Positions 47,814 to 58,118 are shown, counted from the first letter of the whole stretch. The stretch is DNA of 63,255 nucleotides, filler included, from 5 parts of 5 records of this genome joined end to end with filler, not necessarily neighbours in it, one strand, 5' to 3'. The notes: a model not told the origin generated them from the letters alone. Numbers and translations: made by a program.

Positions 47814-49310
47814 CTAGCCTCCGCGGGGGAGGAGTGAGGGCACCTTTTGTGCGATGTCTGGGTTGAGGTAGAGCTCGCGGACCATCTTCTGATAAGTGTC
47901 GGTGAACTCTTTTTGGTGAACGAGGTCACCAAAGACGGACGATAATTTTAGAAATGACAGCGGATCGGTTGTCGTGCCGACCGCAGCTTCATGCAGGGAT
48001 GTTTTCAGCTCATCGATGATTTCGAGTTTGGAGCCATGTCGGTCAGAACCCTGATCGGAGTAGTAGCACCAGGCGGCGATGACCAGGGTCGCGAATTTGA
48101 TCGAACCACCCTGTGCTAGATTTTCCCGGATTGTGGGTATGAGAAATTTCGGCAACTTGGCAGAGCTCTCCGAACAGATCCTCGTCAGGGTGTCTTTGAT
48201 GTTCGAGTTACCAAATCGCTCGATTAAATTGTCTTTGTAGTCTTCGAGATCGATGCCCTCCACCGGATCAAGCACCGGGGTGGCCTCGATATCCATAAAG
48301 GCCCGGAGATAGTCTGCGAAGCGACGGTCCGCCATGGTGTCATCGATGGTGCGGTGCCCGTGAATCGAACCGAGTAAGCCGAGGACAGAATGTCCGGCAT
48401 TCAAGAGTCGGATCTTCATCTTTTCGTAGGGAGTGACATCGGTGACAAATTGAGCGCCAACTTTTTCCCACTCGGGACGGCCATCCGAAAAGTTATCTTC
48501 AATCACCCATTGGCAGAAGGGCTCGCAGGTCACGGGCCAATGATCTTCCAGCCCTATTTCGCTGTTCAAATAGTCGCAATCGGCGGGTGTCGTTGCCGGG
48601 GTAATACGGTCGACCATGGCATTGGGGAAAGTGACCTGGGCTTCGATCCACGAACTCAATTCGGGATCCTGTTTTGCGGTGTAGGCCAGAAGCATCCGGC
48701 GAGTCATCTCTCCATTGTGCTGAATATTGTCACAGGACTGGACGGTGAAAGGAGGGAGACCGGCCGCGCGGCGCTTTTGAAGCGCAGCGCTCAGGTAACC
48801 GAAGACCAGACGCGGCCGATCGGGATTCGCGAGATCGTGTTGCACATCGGGGTTCTCGAAATCGAATGCCCCGGTGGCCGCGTTGAAATTGTAACCTCCT
48901 TCGGTGATGGTGAGGGAGACGATTTTGGTGCCGGCATCAGCCAGTTTTTCGATCACAGCCTGCGGGTCGTCCACGCTCAGCATGTAATCGACGATCGAAC
49001 CGATCACCCGGTTTTCGATCCGCCCGTCCGGGTGACGGACAATCAACGTGTAGAGGAAATCCTGCGCCTTGAGGATATCACGCATCCGGCGGTCCGCCTC
49101 ACGTAAACCGATGCCGCAGATTCCCCATTGGTTCGCACTGTCCTGATTCATCAACGCATCTGTGTAGAAGGCTTCATGCGAGCGATGAAATCCGCCTACG
49201 CCGATGTGCACAATCGGGCTGGCCAGTTGGCCACGGTCGTAGGAGGGCACCGCCACGGAGGCCGGCAGATGCTTCAGGTTGTTTTGGTTTAGGGGCAGGG
49301 AATGGTTCAT
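47814..49310 (-). CDS. Mannitol dehydrogenase family (long-chain polyol dehydrogenase)
   Basis: IVHIGVGGFHRSHEA, SLTITEGGY, SCDN, FPNAMVDRITP, KIRLLNAGHS. Confidence 0.94.
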   Translation of the reverse strand: MNHSLPLNQNNLKHLPASVAVPSYDRGQLASPIVHIGVGGFHRSHEAFYTDALMNQDSANQWGICGIGLREADRRMRDILKAQDFLYTLIVRHPDGRIENRVIGSIVDYMLSVDDPQAVIEKLADAGTKIVSLTITEGGYNFNAATGAFDFENPDVQHDLANPDRPRLVFGYLSAALQKRRAAGLPPFTVQSCDNIQHNGEMTRRMLLAYTAKQDPELSSWIEAQVTFPNAMVDRITPATTPADCDYLNSEIGLEDHWPVTCEPFCQWVIEDNFSDGRPEWEKVGAQFVTDVTPYEKMKIRLLNAGHSVLGLLGSIHGHRTIDDTMADRRFADYLRAFMDIEATPVLDPVEGIDLEDYKDNLIERFGNSNIKDTLTRICSESSAKLPKFLIPTIRENLAQGGSIKFATLVIAAWCYYSDQGSDRHGSKLEIIDELKTSLHEAAVGTTTDPLSFLKLSSVFGDLVHQKEFTDTYQKMVRELYLNPDIAQKVPSLLPRGG

Positions 49311-49344
49311 GATAACGATTGAATGAGGTGGGGTCTACCTGTGG

Positions 49345-49998
49345 CTACGCGCGCTGTTCCAGCGCTTCCTCAATCGCACTGAGGAGCAGGGGATCCACCT
49401 TGGCTTTACGCGCGAGGTGTGCCTCGGAGTTCGCTTGCTTGGACTCAAGCAGCCGAAGGGCCTCCAGGATCCAGCTTTCGCAGGTTTGCTTCGGAATGAC
49501 ATCGGTATTCAAGACCAAATCGAAATCGCTCTCGTCATGCCATTTGCGGCCGTAAAAGCGTTCGACGAACTTGATGCGGGCTTTGTCGTCGGCCGCGACC
49601 TGCTGCTCCGCGCTGGAGCGGTCCACGATGTTTTCGCGGGCCATGACCCGATTGACCCGGACATCAAACGGAGCGTGCAGACGCACATGCAGCACGTCGG
49701 CATACTCGTTCAAAGCCACATAGCCACCCCGGGCGAGGATGACGTTGCGTCCCCGATAGGCCAAAGCCTTCATCGTGTCGTTCAACATGGAAACCATTTC
49801 GAGGTTCTTCGAATTGGCCAGATCCCAGAGATTGGGCGGCGAGGTGTAGAGTTCGCCAAACCGGGTCATTCCGTATTGCTTCAGGGTTCCTTGGAGGACG
49901 GCTTTGTCCACCAGGTCGTAACCGAGGGACGAGGCGATCTGAGTGGCGATTTCGCCGGCCTCGCTGCCCACCAGTCTGGATATTGAGATCGTATTCAT
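49345..49998 (-). CDS. Cytidylate kinase-like family protein
   Basis: ISISRLVGSEAGEIA, VILARGG, LHVRLHAP...R, FDLVLNT. Confidence 0.85.
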   Translation of the reverse strand: MNTISISRLVGSEAGEIATQIASSLGYDLVDKAVLQGTLKQYGMTRFGELYTSPPNLWDLANSKNLEMVSMLNDTMKALAYRGRNVILARGGYVALNEYADVLHVRLHAPFDVRVNRVMARENIVDRSSAEQQVAADDKARIKFVERFYGRKWHDESDFDLVLNTDVIPKQTCESWILEALRLLESKQANSEAHLARKAKVDPLLLSAIEEALEQRA

Positions 49999-50037
49999 AA
50001 TGTCTGCCTTGGGTTAACGGAGTGACGTGAGGGTGGG

Positions 50038-51006
50038 TTAGCTGGTCTTGCGGTGCTGCAGGCAATCGAAGGCCACCGCGATCAGGAGGACGGAGCCCTT
50101 GATAACCATTTGGGTGAATTCCGTGACATTCATCAGCACCATGCCGTTGCTGAGCACCCCGAGAATCAGGACACCCGCGACCACATTGGAAATGCGGCCG
50201 ACCCCGCCGGTGACGCTGACCCCGCCCAGCACACAGGCGGTCAGGATTTCAAGTTCCAGCATCTTGCCGGCTGTCACCGTGGCGGAGTTGGTTCGGGAAA
50301 GAATCACGATACCGGCCACTCCGGCGAAGAAGCCCGACAGCGAATACACGAGGTATTTGACATTCTTGACCTTGATGCCGGAGAGCTTGGCCGCTTCCTC
50401 ATTGCCGCCGACCGCGTAGAAATAGCGTCCGAAGTAAGTCTTGTTGAGGATGAACGCACCGAGTGCGAGGACGACGATCATGATGACCACGGGGATCGGG
50501 ATCGGACCAAGATAGCCCTGACCGATTACCGCGAAGGATTCTTTGAAACCGTAGATCGGCAGACCCTTGCTGATAAGAAACGCGACACCTTCGATGATGA
50601 TCATCATGGCCAGCGTGACGATGAGCGGAGGCATCTGGATATTGGCGATGATCCACCCGTTAGTGAAACCGATCAATGTGGCCATCGTGAGGGTGATGCC
50701 AATGGCCAGAACGGGGTTGAGTCCCGCATTCACCATGAACCACCCACAGACGACATTGACGAGGGTGATGACCGAACCCACGGAGAGGTCGATGCCGCCG
50801 AGGAGCAGAACGAAGGCGAAACCCACCGCGGCGATTCCCAGCATGGATACCTGCCGGGCGACATTCATCAGGTTGTGACTGACGAGGAAATTCTCCGTGG
50901 CGAATGAGAAGAATCCGATGAGGGCGAACAGCACGATGTAGATGCCGTTTTGTTTCGCGAAGTCGACGGCTTTGGAGGCCGTTTTTAAATTTTCTAAATG
51001 TCCCAT
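50038..51006 (-). CDS. Sugar ABC permease (RbsC-like)
   Basis: GGIDLSVGS, FGRYFYAVGGNEEAAKLSGI, ELEILTACVLGGVS. Confidence 0.95.
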   Translation of the reverse strand: MGHLENLKTASKAVDFAKQNGIYIVLFALIGFFSFATENFLVSHNLMNVARQVSMLGIAAVGFAFVLLLGGIDLSVGSVITLVNVVCGWFMVNAGLNPVLAIGITLTMATLIGFTNGWIIANIQMPPLIVTLAMMIIIEGVAFLISKGLPIYGFKESFAVIGQGYLGPIPIPVVIMIVVLALGAFILNKTYFGRYFYAVGGNEEAAKLSGIKVKNVKYLVYSLSGFFAGVAGIVILSRTNSATVTAGKMLELEILTACVLGGVSVTGGVGRISNVVAGVLILGVLSNGMVLMNVTEFTQMVIKGSVLLIAVAFDCLQHRKTS

Positions 51007-51018
51007 GGTAGTGTGTTC

Positions 51019-52497
51019 CTATTTTTGTGATGCGAAATTCATGATAGTTTCCTGCTTGAAATCCTTGCGGTCCAAGCTGCCTGAAATCTTGCCGTCGCAG
51101 AGGACGATGATGCGGTCGGACATGCCCATGACTTCCTCCATTTCGGATGAGATCATCAGCACGGATTTGCCGGCCTCGACGAGTGAGTTGACCAGCGTGT
51201 AGATTTCCGATTTGGCCCCGACGTCGATCCCGCGGGTGGGTTCGTCGAAGATGACCAGGTCGGGATTCGAGGCGAGCCAGCGTGCGATGATCACCTTTTG
51301 TTGATTACCTCCGCTGAGGTTTTTGATCTTCTGTTCAATCGAGGGTGTTTTGATCCGAATCGATTGCTGGTATTCGTTGGCGAGCCGTTTTTCCTCCTTG
51401 AGATCAACGGTGAAGAATTTGGAAATCCGCTCCAGAACCGCGATGCTGGTATTGCTCCGGATCGTCATATCCAACAACGCTCCTTTACCCTTGCGGTCCT
51501 CGGGGACGAGGGCGATGCCGCTGTCGATGGCATCGCGAGGGGTTTTGGGATTTACGTTCTGCCCCTTGAGACGAACGGTGCCCCCGGTCCGGGTGGCCGC
51601 ACCGAAGAGGAGTTCGGCGGTTTCCGTGCGACCGGCACCGATCAGACCGGCGAATCCCAGCACTTCACCTCTCTTGATTTGAAAGCTGAGGTCGCTCACT
51701 CCGTTCCCGGAGAGATTCTGAACATCGAGTAATACTTCGTCGGAGATACAGGGTTTGCGCTTGGGATAGGTTTCGGTGAGTTCCCGACCGACCATCAGCT
51801 TGACGAGATCGTCCAGATTGGTCTCGGCGGTTTTCACCGTGTTGATTTTCTGGCCGTCTCTGAGCACGGTAATGCGATCCGTGAGACGGAAGATTTCTTC
51901 CATCCGGTGGGAGATATAGATAATCGTCACCCCGTTGGCCTTGAGCTTTTCCACAACCTGGTAGAGGCGTTCCGCTTCCGCCGAGGTGAGGGGAGCGGAG
52001 GGCTCGTCCATGATGAGGATCCGGGCGTTCTGGGAGAGGGCCTTGGCGATCTCCACGAGTTGCTGGTATCCGACGGTCAGGTTGCTGACCAACTCGTTGG
52101 GATCGATGTCGATGTTGAATTGTGCGAAGATCGCGTTGGCCTTGTCGGCCATCGCTTTCCGATTAATGACCATCCCTTTCCGGATGGCGCGGCCGAGGAA
52201 AATGTTCTCGGCGACGGAGAGTTCGCCCACGAGGTTGAACTCCTGGTAGATGACGCCGATTCCATGGGCTTCGGAAAGCTGTGGGGTGAGCGAGGCAAAT
52301 TCTTCACCTTCAATCACAATGCGGCCGGAGTTTGGTTTGACCGCACCGGTGCAGCTCTTGATCAGAGTTGATTTACCGGCGCCGTTTTCACCGACGAGGG
52401 CATGGGCTTCGCCCTGAACGAAATCAATACTCACGTCATTGAGGGCAATGACACCGGGGTATTTTTTCGTGATATTCCTTAATTCGAGAATAGTCAT
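51019..52497 (-). CDS. Sugar ABC ATPase (RbsA-like, double NBD)
   Basis: GENGAGKSTL, VPEDRK, LSGGNQQK, DEPTRGIDVGAK. Confidence 0.96.
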   Translation of the reverse strand: MTILELRNITKKYPGVIALNDVSIDFVQGEAHALVGENGAGKSTLIKSCTGAVKPNSGRIVIEGEEFASLTPQLSEAHGIGVIYQEFNLVGELSVAENIFLGRAIRKGMVINRKAMADKANAIFAQFNIDIDPNELVSNLTVGYQQLVEIAKALSQNARILIMDEPSAPLTSAEAERLYQVVEKLKANGVTIIYISHRMEEIFRLTDRITVLRDGQKINTVKTAETNLDDLVKLMVGRELTETYPKRKPCISDEVLLDVQNLSGNGVSDLSFQIKRGEVLGFAGLIGAGRTETAELLFGAATRTGGTVRLKGQNVNPKTPRDAIDSGIALVPEDRKGKGALLDMTIRSNTSIAVLERISKFFTVDLKEEKRLANEYQQSIRIKTPSIEQKIKNLSGGNQQKVIIARWLASNPDLVIFDEPTRGIDVGAKSEIYTLVNSLVEAGKSVLMISSEMEEVMGMSDRIIVLCDGKISGSLDRKDFKQETIMNFASQK

Positions 52498-52565
52498 AAC
52501 TGCTGAGGGTTTGGTTGGGGGAGGCAGTGCGGGGTTGGGGGCGGGGTAAGAAGATCGGGGTAGGG

Positions 52566-52595
52566 GATCGGGGAAGGAGTGTCCTTGCCCCGATC
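52566..52595. repeat. Intergenic hairpin downstream of the binding-protein gene
   Basis: GATCGGGGAAGGA-GTG-TCCTT-G-CCCCGATC. Confidence 0.6.
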
Positions 52596-52617
52596 GGAGG
52601 GGGATACGGGGAGGGCC

Positions 52618-53577
52618 TTACATGCCCAGGTAGTCATCCACGTTGTCGCGGGTGACGGGGATGAACTTACGATAGATTTCCTTCGTTGGAATCGGTTCAC
52701 CGGATTGGAGGAGGGTGACCATATTCCAGATCTCGTCGGCGATATCCTGATTGGTTCCGGTTACCGTTACGGTCATGCGCACGCCTTCATTGTTTTTCAG
52801 GGCGGACAGCTCGGGTTGGGTGGCATCCGCGGCGAAGATTCCGAAGTCATCGGTGATTTTATTGGCGGCTTTGGCGGCTTCATTTGCGCCGACGGAACCG
52901 CCACCACCAATGGAGCAAACCACTTTTACCTTGGGGTTGGATTGAAAGATTGTCTCCATCTTTTCGATACCTTCCTTGGTATCAATCGCGCTGCTCTCCG
53001 CCACGATCTTGGCGCGGGGAGCGAGTGCGACGATGGCATCACGAATGCCGTTGCCACGCTCAAGCAGGATTGGCAGCTGGGGATAGTTCAGGATGGCGAC
53101 TTCGGCGACACCTTCGAGGTTTTCGTTGATCCATTTGGCGGCATGCGAACCGATGGTGTAACCGAGTTCGTGATTATCGATCAGCCAGGCAAGGTCGGCG
53201 TTCTTGAGATTGTCATCCCACGCGAGGACCTTGATGCCGATTTCCCGGGCCTGCTTTAAGGCAAACTCGACGCCCTTGGGGTCGGCCGGATGGATGATGA
53301 TGATGTCCACTCCGCTGGAAATGAAGTTTTCGATCTGGGTGATCTGCTTGCCGACATTGCTGTCGCAGGCGACATAGTTGATGCTGCCGCCCTGGGCTTT
53401 GACTTCCTTCTCGATCGCCTGACAGTAACCGGCCCATGTCGGATTACTGAGGGATTGCACTGTCATGCCGATTTTGACCTTGGATTCCTGATGGGATGTG
53501 GAGTCTTGGTTTGCGCCGCAGCCTGCGAGGAGGAGTGAGGTGCAGCAGATGATGAGTCCGGTGAGTATTTTTTTCAT
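52618..53577 (-). CDS. Sugar ABC substrate-binding lipoprotein (RbsB-like)
   Basis: Lipobox LLAGC; SLSNP, KQITQIENFISSGVDIIII. Confidence 0.93.
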   Translation of the reverse strand: MKKILTGLIICCTSLLLAGCGANQDSTSHQESKVKIGMTVQSLSNPTWAGYCQAIEKEVKAQGGSINYVACDSNVGKQITQIENFISSGVDIIIIHPADPKGVEFALKQAREIGIKVLAWDDNLKNADLAWLIDNHELGYTIGSHAAKWINENLEGVAEVAILNYPQLPILLERGNGIRDAIVALAPRAKIVAESSAIDTKEGIEKMETIFQSNPKVKVVCSIGGGGSVGANEAAKAANKITDDFGIFAADATQPELSALKNNEGVRMTVTVTGTNQDIADEIWNMVTLLQSGEPIPTKEIYRKFIPVTRDNVDDYLGM

Positions 53578-53637
53578 TTTATTCGGGGGTTCGTAGGGTT
53601 GATTCTGTGGGTTAATTATCGATTCCTTCCATGGAGC

Positions 53638-54573
53638 CTAGCGGACGGAAGGGAAGGGGAGAGGGGAGCGGGACTTACTTTGAATGATGTCCGCGGGGAT
53701 AACCGGAGTCGCTCCTTCCTGGGAGCAAACGTAAGCTGCGATGCGATTGGCATAATAGTTCACTTCGTTCAGAGGTAAACCCCGCAATAAGCCCATGCAG
53801 AGGGCTGCGGTAAACGAGTCGCCGGCACCCACGGTATCCACGACAGTCGCTTCGAGACTGGGGATGTCGTGCATGCGATCGGGACCCACGAGCAGACTGC
53901 CACGGGGCCCCCGGGTGTAAGCGACCAGTCGCAGATCGAAGAGTTCAAGTAATTGGCGGAGCTGCTCGCCCGTGTCTCCTTCCAGCTTAAACATTTGATT
54001 TAAGATCGGGAGCTCCTCATCGCTCAGCTTGAGCACATTGGCCTGCTCCAACGATTTCCGGATTACCGCGTTGGAATAGAACTCATGACGCAGGTTGATG
54101 TCGAAAATCTTCAAAGCCCGGTCCGGAGTGGCGGCGAGAAAGGCTTGTATGCTGTTTCTCGATTCAGGTGAACGCTGAGCCAGCGTCCCAAAACAAACCG
54201 CATCCAGCCGATTAGCTATCCATTGGAGGTCGGGAGTATAGGGAAGATAATCCCAGGCGACATTTTCCTTAATCGCGTAGGTCGGCTTGCCGCCCTCTAA
54301 CGTGACATCGACGGTGCCGGTCGGATGGCGCTTGTCTTCCTTAACATAACGAAGATCCACTCCCATGGCTGACAGTTCTTTGCGGAGGTCGGCGCCCAAA
54401 GCGTCTGCGCCGAGGCAGCTGACGAGCCAGCTTTCCGCACCGAGCTGACGCGTATGGAATGAGAAATTTGCGGGCGCACCTCCGATGTGCTGATGGCGGG
54501 GGAAAATATCCCAGAGAAGCTCTCCCAGGCCAGCTACGGCATACTTCTTTTCGCTGCAAGAATCGGTATTCAT
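53638..54573 (-). CDS. PfkB carbohydrate kinase (fructokinase-like)
   Basis: GLGELLWD, GGAPANF, FDINLR, VDTVGAGDSF. Confidence 0.93.
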   Translation of the reverse strand: MNTDSCSEKKYAVAGLGELLWDIFPRHQHIGGAPANFSFHTRQLGAESWLVSCLGADALGADLRKELSAMGVDLRYVKEDKRHPTGTVDVTLEGGKPTYAIKENVAWDYLPYTPDLQWIANRLDAVCFGTLAQRSPESRNSIQAFLAATPDRALKIFDINLRHEFYSNAVIRKSLEQANVLKLSDEELPILNQMFKLEGDTGEQLRQLLELFDLRLVAYTRGPRGSLLVGPDRMHDIPSLEATVVDTVGAGDSFTAALCMGLLRGLPLNEVNYYANRIAAYVCSQEGATPVIPADIIQSKSRSPLPFPSVR

Positions 54574-54600
54574 TTTCGGGGTAAACGGGGTGAATCGGAC

Positions 54601-54683
54601 TAAATGTAAAACTTAACTTTGCATTAACCTGATAAATAAAATTCAAATGTAAACATATACTGCTTTACAAAGATTTACATTTA
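54601..54683. promoter_or_regulatory. Candidate operator array for the divergent regulator
   Basis: AAATGTAAA at 54602 and 54645; TTTACA at 54664 and 54674; TGTAAA-N10-TTTACA palindrome. Confidence 0.6.
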
Positions 54684-54698
54684 TATCTCATTTAATTC

Positions 54699-55790
54699 GT
54701 GAGTCATTCAAAACCAATCTACTTACAGATTTACTCAGAAATCGCATCAGCGATCAGAAATCAGGACTATGTGCCTGGTGATTTGCTACCGACCGAGGCG
54801 GAATTTTGCGCAAAGTATGCCACTTCCCGGCCGACGGTGGCCAAAGCGCTCCAACTACTGGCCAAGGAAAAGATGGTCAAAAGGCGGGCGGGGTTTGGCA
54901 CTCAGGTTCTGCCCCGAGGGAAATCGGCCTTAACGGCCGGTTTGCTCATTCCCAATATCCACAACACCGAGATCTTTTCTCCGATTTGTGCCAGCCTCAC
55001 CCGAGCTGCCGGTCTTGAGGCCATGCGGATTATTCGTCCGCCCGAGCTCGATCTTCCGGCCGAGCCCCGTGAGTTGGCGGAACAACTGATACAGCGTTTC
55101 ATCGACGAGAAGGTTCACGGCGTCTTCTTCTCGCCGATCGAGCACATCCCGGATCAGGAAAAATTTAATCGTGGCATCCTGCGTCGATTGGAAGAGGCGG
55201 GGATTCAGGTCGTCCTGTTGGATCGTGATATTTACGCATGGCCGCAACAGACGCCCTATGATCTGGTGGGGATTGATAACATCGAAGCCGGTTATACGGT
55301 GGGCAGGCATTTGGTTGGTGACGGTTGTAAACGGCCGGCCTTTGTTTCCGCTCCCTCCCCAGCCATGACGGTTCGATTACGCCGGATCGGGGCCCGGGAA
55401 TCACTGGTGCACTTTGGGCGCGATGCGCGAGAACTTATGGATGTCGTCTTTCAACCGGAAGCGCCCGATGAGACCGCGAAAGAGCTGTTGAAAAATAAGG
55501 TTGATGGGGTGGTCTGCGCGAATGACGTCACCGCGGCACACTTGCTCCGAAGTCTGCTCAACTGCGGGGCGCGGATTCCCGGGGATATCCGGGTCTGCGG
55601 CTTTGATGATGTTAAATATGCCTCGCTCCTCAGCGTGCCGCTGACGACCTACCATCAGCCCTGTCACCAGATTGGTCAGGTGGCGGCGCGGGTCATGATT
55701 AATCGGATTAAGAATCCCGATGTCCCGGCCTATCGTATTTCGCTCGCGGGAAAGCTGATCGTTCGGGAATCGTCAGCCGCCCGTTCCTAG
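54699..55790 (+). CDS. AraR-type regulator (GntR HTH + LacI-like sugar-binding domain)
   Basis: LLPTEAEFCAKYATSRPTVAKAL..GFGT; VVCAND, IPGDIRVCGFDD, PLTT. Confidence 0.92.
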   Translation: MSHSKPIYLQIYSEIASAIRNQDYVPGDLLPTEAEFCAKYATSRPTVAKALQLLAKEKMVKRRAGFGTQVLPRGKSALTAGLLIPNIHNTEIFSPICASLTRAAGLEAMRIIRPPELDLPAEPRELAEQLIQRFIDEKVHGVFFSPIEHIPDQEKFNRGILRRLEEAGIQVVLLDRDIYAWPQQTPYDLVGIDNIEAGYTVGRHLVGDGCKRPAFVSAPSPAMTVRLRRIGARESLVHFGRDARELMDVVFQPEAPDETAKELLKNKVDGVVCANDVTAAHLLRSLLNCGARIPGDIRVCGFDDVKYASLLSVPLTTYHQPCHQIGQVAARVMINRIKNPDVPAYRISLAGKLIVRESSAARS

Positions 55791-56083
55791 TGGCACGGTC
55801 AGGTGGGCTGTTCGGTCCACGATTTTATGCATCTGTTCATTGCGGCCATGGCGAGACCGTGCTTCGGGAAAGAGGGAATGCTCCTCGAGATTGTCGTGGT
55901 CTTGCGACACCTGCGACGAATCGTGGCGCTGTGCTTGGCTAGTTTCGTATCGACTTCTCTGGAGGGTTGGCGGTCCGCTGACGGTGCGCAGGAAGGGGAA
56001 GGCCACAGGGATCTGTGCGCTCTTTTACGTAGTTGCGGAAAAACAGGGTGCGCAGCCCGTCGGGAGACGGGCCCTCCATTATG

Positions 56084-56875
56084 CTACTCGGCGATCCGAC
56101 CGCGGAGTTTGGCCCAAAACGTGCCCAATCGTTCGTAGATCGCCCATGTGGTGTTTTCCAATCCATCGATTCCCCAGAGCCAATTGCTCCAGCGGAATTG
56201 GTCGTCGCCTTTGGCGTGGAAATCGGCGGGGCAGGCCACCGGATTGAGTCCGGCCGTGCGCATCAGGGCCATGGCGCGGGGCATGTGCCAAGCGGAAGTC
56301 ACCAGCGCAAAAGGCGCATCGCCAATCGTATCGCGCAGGGCGCGGGCTTCGTTCTCGGTATCGCGACCCTGAGTGTTTTGAAATACGCGGGATGGCTCCG
56401 CTCCCAAGGCAATGGCCGCTCGACTCAGCACCTCCGCATGGCTGATTTCTCCGTCCTTTCCCGGTCCGGTGGTAATGATTTTTGCCTCGGGGAGCATGCG
56501 AGCGATTCGCACCGCTTCGGTCAACCGTCCGAGAGCATAAACGCTGAGTTTGCTTGTTGCGGGAAGTAGCGAGACGTTCGAGTGGCCACCGCCCAACACC
56601 ACGATGTATTGGCAGGCAGCGAGATTGTCAGGGACTGGCACACCTGCCGTGAATTCCGGCATTACAGGGTATTGGTCTTCGAGCGGAGCCAGTAAGCGCA
56701 GGCCGACTTGTCGGTGACTGGCCACGAGGAGGATGAAAATGCCCAACCAAGCGAGACAGCGGCCGAGTCGGCGGGAAGTCTCTCGCCGGCTGATCCAGAG
56801 CCCAACCAGAATCAATGCCATGCTCGCGGTCAGAGGCATGATGCAGTAGGTGAGGGCTTTTTTGAGCCAGAACAT
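56084..56875 (-). CDS. ElyC/YdcF (DUF218) envelope protein
   Basis: IVVLGGG, RDTENEA, LVTSAWHMPRA, YERLG; two N-terminal TM helices. Confidence 0.92.
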   Translation of the reverse strand: MFWLKKALTYCIMPLTASMALILVGLWISRRETSRRLGRCLAWLGIFILLVASHRQVGLRLLAPLEDQYPVMPEFTAGVPVPDNLAACQYIVVLGGGHSNVSLLPATSKLSVYALGRLTEAVRIARMLPEAKIITTGPGKDGEISHAEVLSRAAIALGAEPSRVFQNTQGRDTENEARALRDTIGDAPFALVTSAWHMPRAMALMRTAGLNPVACPADFHAKGDDQFRWSNWLWGIDGLENTTWAIYERLGTFWAKLRGRIAE

Positions 56876-56887
56876 CGTTTTTAACTA

Positions 56888-56904
56888 TGGGGCGACCAAC
56901 GGGA
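56888..56904 (-). repeat. Duplicated 3' end of tRNA-His
   Basis: TGGGGCGACCAACGGGA identical to 57050-57066. Confidence 0.9.
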
Positions 56905-57049
56905 TTGACTCACTGCGTTCGGGGCGGTGCCCCCAACCCCCTTGGGTTTTGCCGTTCCGCCAGGCTCCCCAAACCCGCTTCGCGGATTCGCGCGTCGCGT
57001 CTCAGTGATGGCGATGCTTTGGTTTGCAGCCGGGACATGCGTTAAAAAA

Positions 57050-57127
57050 TGGGGCGACCAACGGGACTCGAACCCGCGACCCCCTGAATCACAATCAGGT
57101 GCTCTAACCAACTGAGCTATGGCCGCC
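57050..57127 (-). tRNA. tRNA-His(GTG) with encoded G-1 and CCA
   Basis: (G)GCGGCCA-TAGCTCAGTTGGTTAGAGC-A-CCTGATT-GTG-ATTCAGG-GGGTC-GCGGGTTCGAGTCCCGT-TGGTCGC-C-CCA. Confidence 0.97.
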
Positions 57128-57234
57128 GTAAAGGGAGGCGGAGAAAATCACGTTGGGGATCGTCCCTGTCAATCCCTTCTTCCACGTGTTTTCCATTGAT
57201 GCGACGGCGGGTGGTTTGCAGCGTGAGGGAGCAC

Positions 57235-57895
57235 ATGCCGCGCTTGCGTATTCTTACTTTTAACATCGCCCATGGTCGGGGATTGACCCCGATTCAGGGG
57301 CTGACGCTGGGGCGGAAGCTGCGCATCAATTTACGCAAGATCGCCCGACTGATCGATGAACTGAATCCGGATGTCGTCGCCCTGCAGGAGATTGATCAAA
57401 ACTCCCGATGGGCCGGAAATTTCGACCACTTGGAATATCTGAAAGCTCATACCGGTTTTGAGCATTCGGTTTTCGGGATCAATAATCGCCGGGGTGGCCT
57501 GTTGAATCTGAACTACGGTAATGCGATTCTCTCGCGTCACCGCATCACGGATTGGGAGAATATTGTGTTTGGGGCGAAGACCCTGGGAGAAAAGGGCTTT
57601 TTGTTTGCGGAGTTGGATGTGGAGGGGCGCTGTGTGCCGATTTTGAATCTGCATCTGAATTTTCGATCTCGGATCCACCGGTTTCACCAAGTGGAGCGGG
57701 TCATGCATTATGTATCGGAGAAGCACAATTATCGTCAGATGGAATGGCACATGCCGCCGATTGTTTGCGGTGATATGAACAACCCGTCACATCGGCCCGA
57801 TGCGACGGCGGAGTTGATGCGGTATTTTTCCCTGCACGGAGATTACTCATTGCAACCGAAGGATGGACGGACCTTTCCGGCGCACATGCCGAGCC
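57235..57895 (+). CDS. Endonuclease/exonuclease/phosphatase-family protein, 3' truncated
   Basis: RILTFNIAHG, DVVALQEID, YGNAILSR, IVCGDMN. Confidence 0.92.
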
Positions 57896-57995
57896 NNNNN
57901 NNNNNNNNNNNNNNNNNNNNNNNNNNNNNNNNNNNNNNNTTAATTAATTAANNNNNNNNNNNNNNNNNNNNNNNNNNNNNNNNNNNNNNNNNNNN
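57896..57995. other. Artificial contig spacer
   Basis: N-run with TTAATTAATTAA. Confidence 0.99.
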
Positions 57996-58118
57996 CTCGT
58001 CTTCCATGGTTTGGATTCTTGAAAAGGGAAGGGGTGATGTGCACAAAGGGGCTGTAAAAAACAGTAAGAAATGTGGTGATTAAAAGATAACATGGTTTGT
58101 ACAGGTACATTGACATAT

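Noticed and set aside
56881-57115. Small ORFs over the tRNA region
   Set aside because: They are translations of tRNA-His and its duplicated end.
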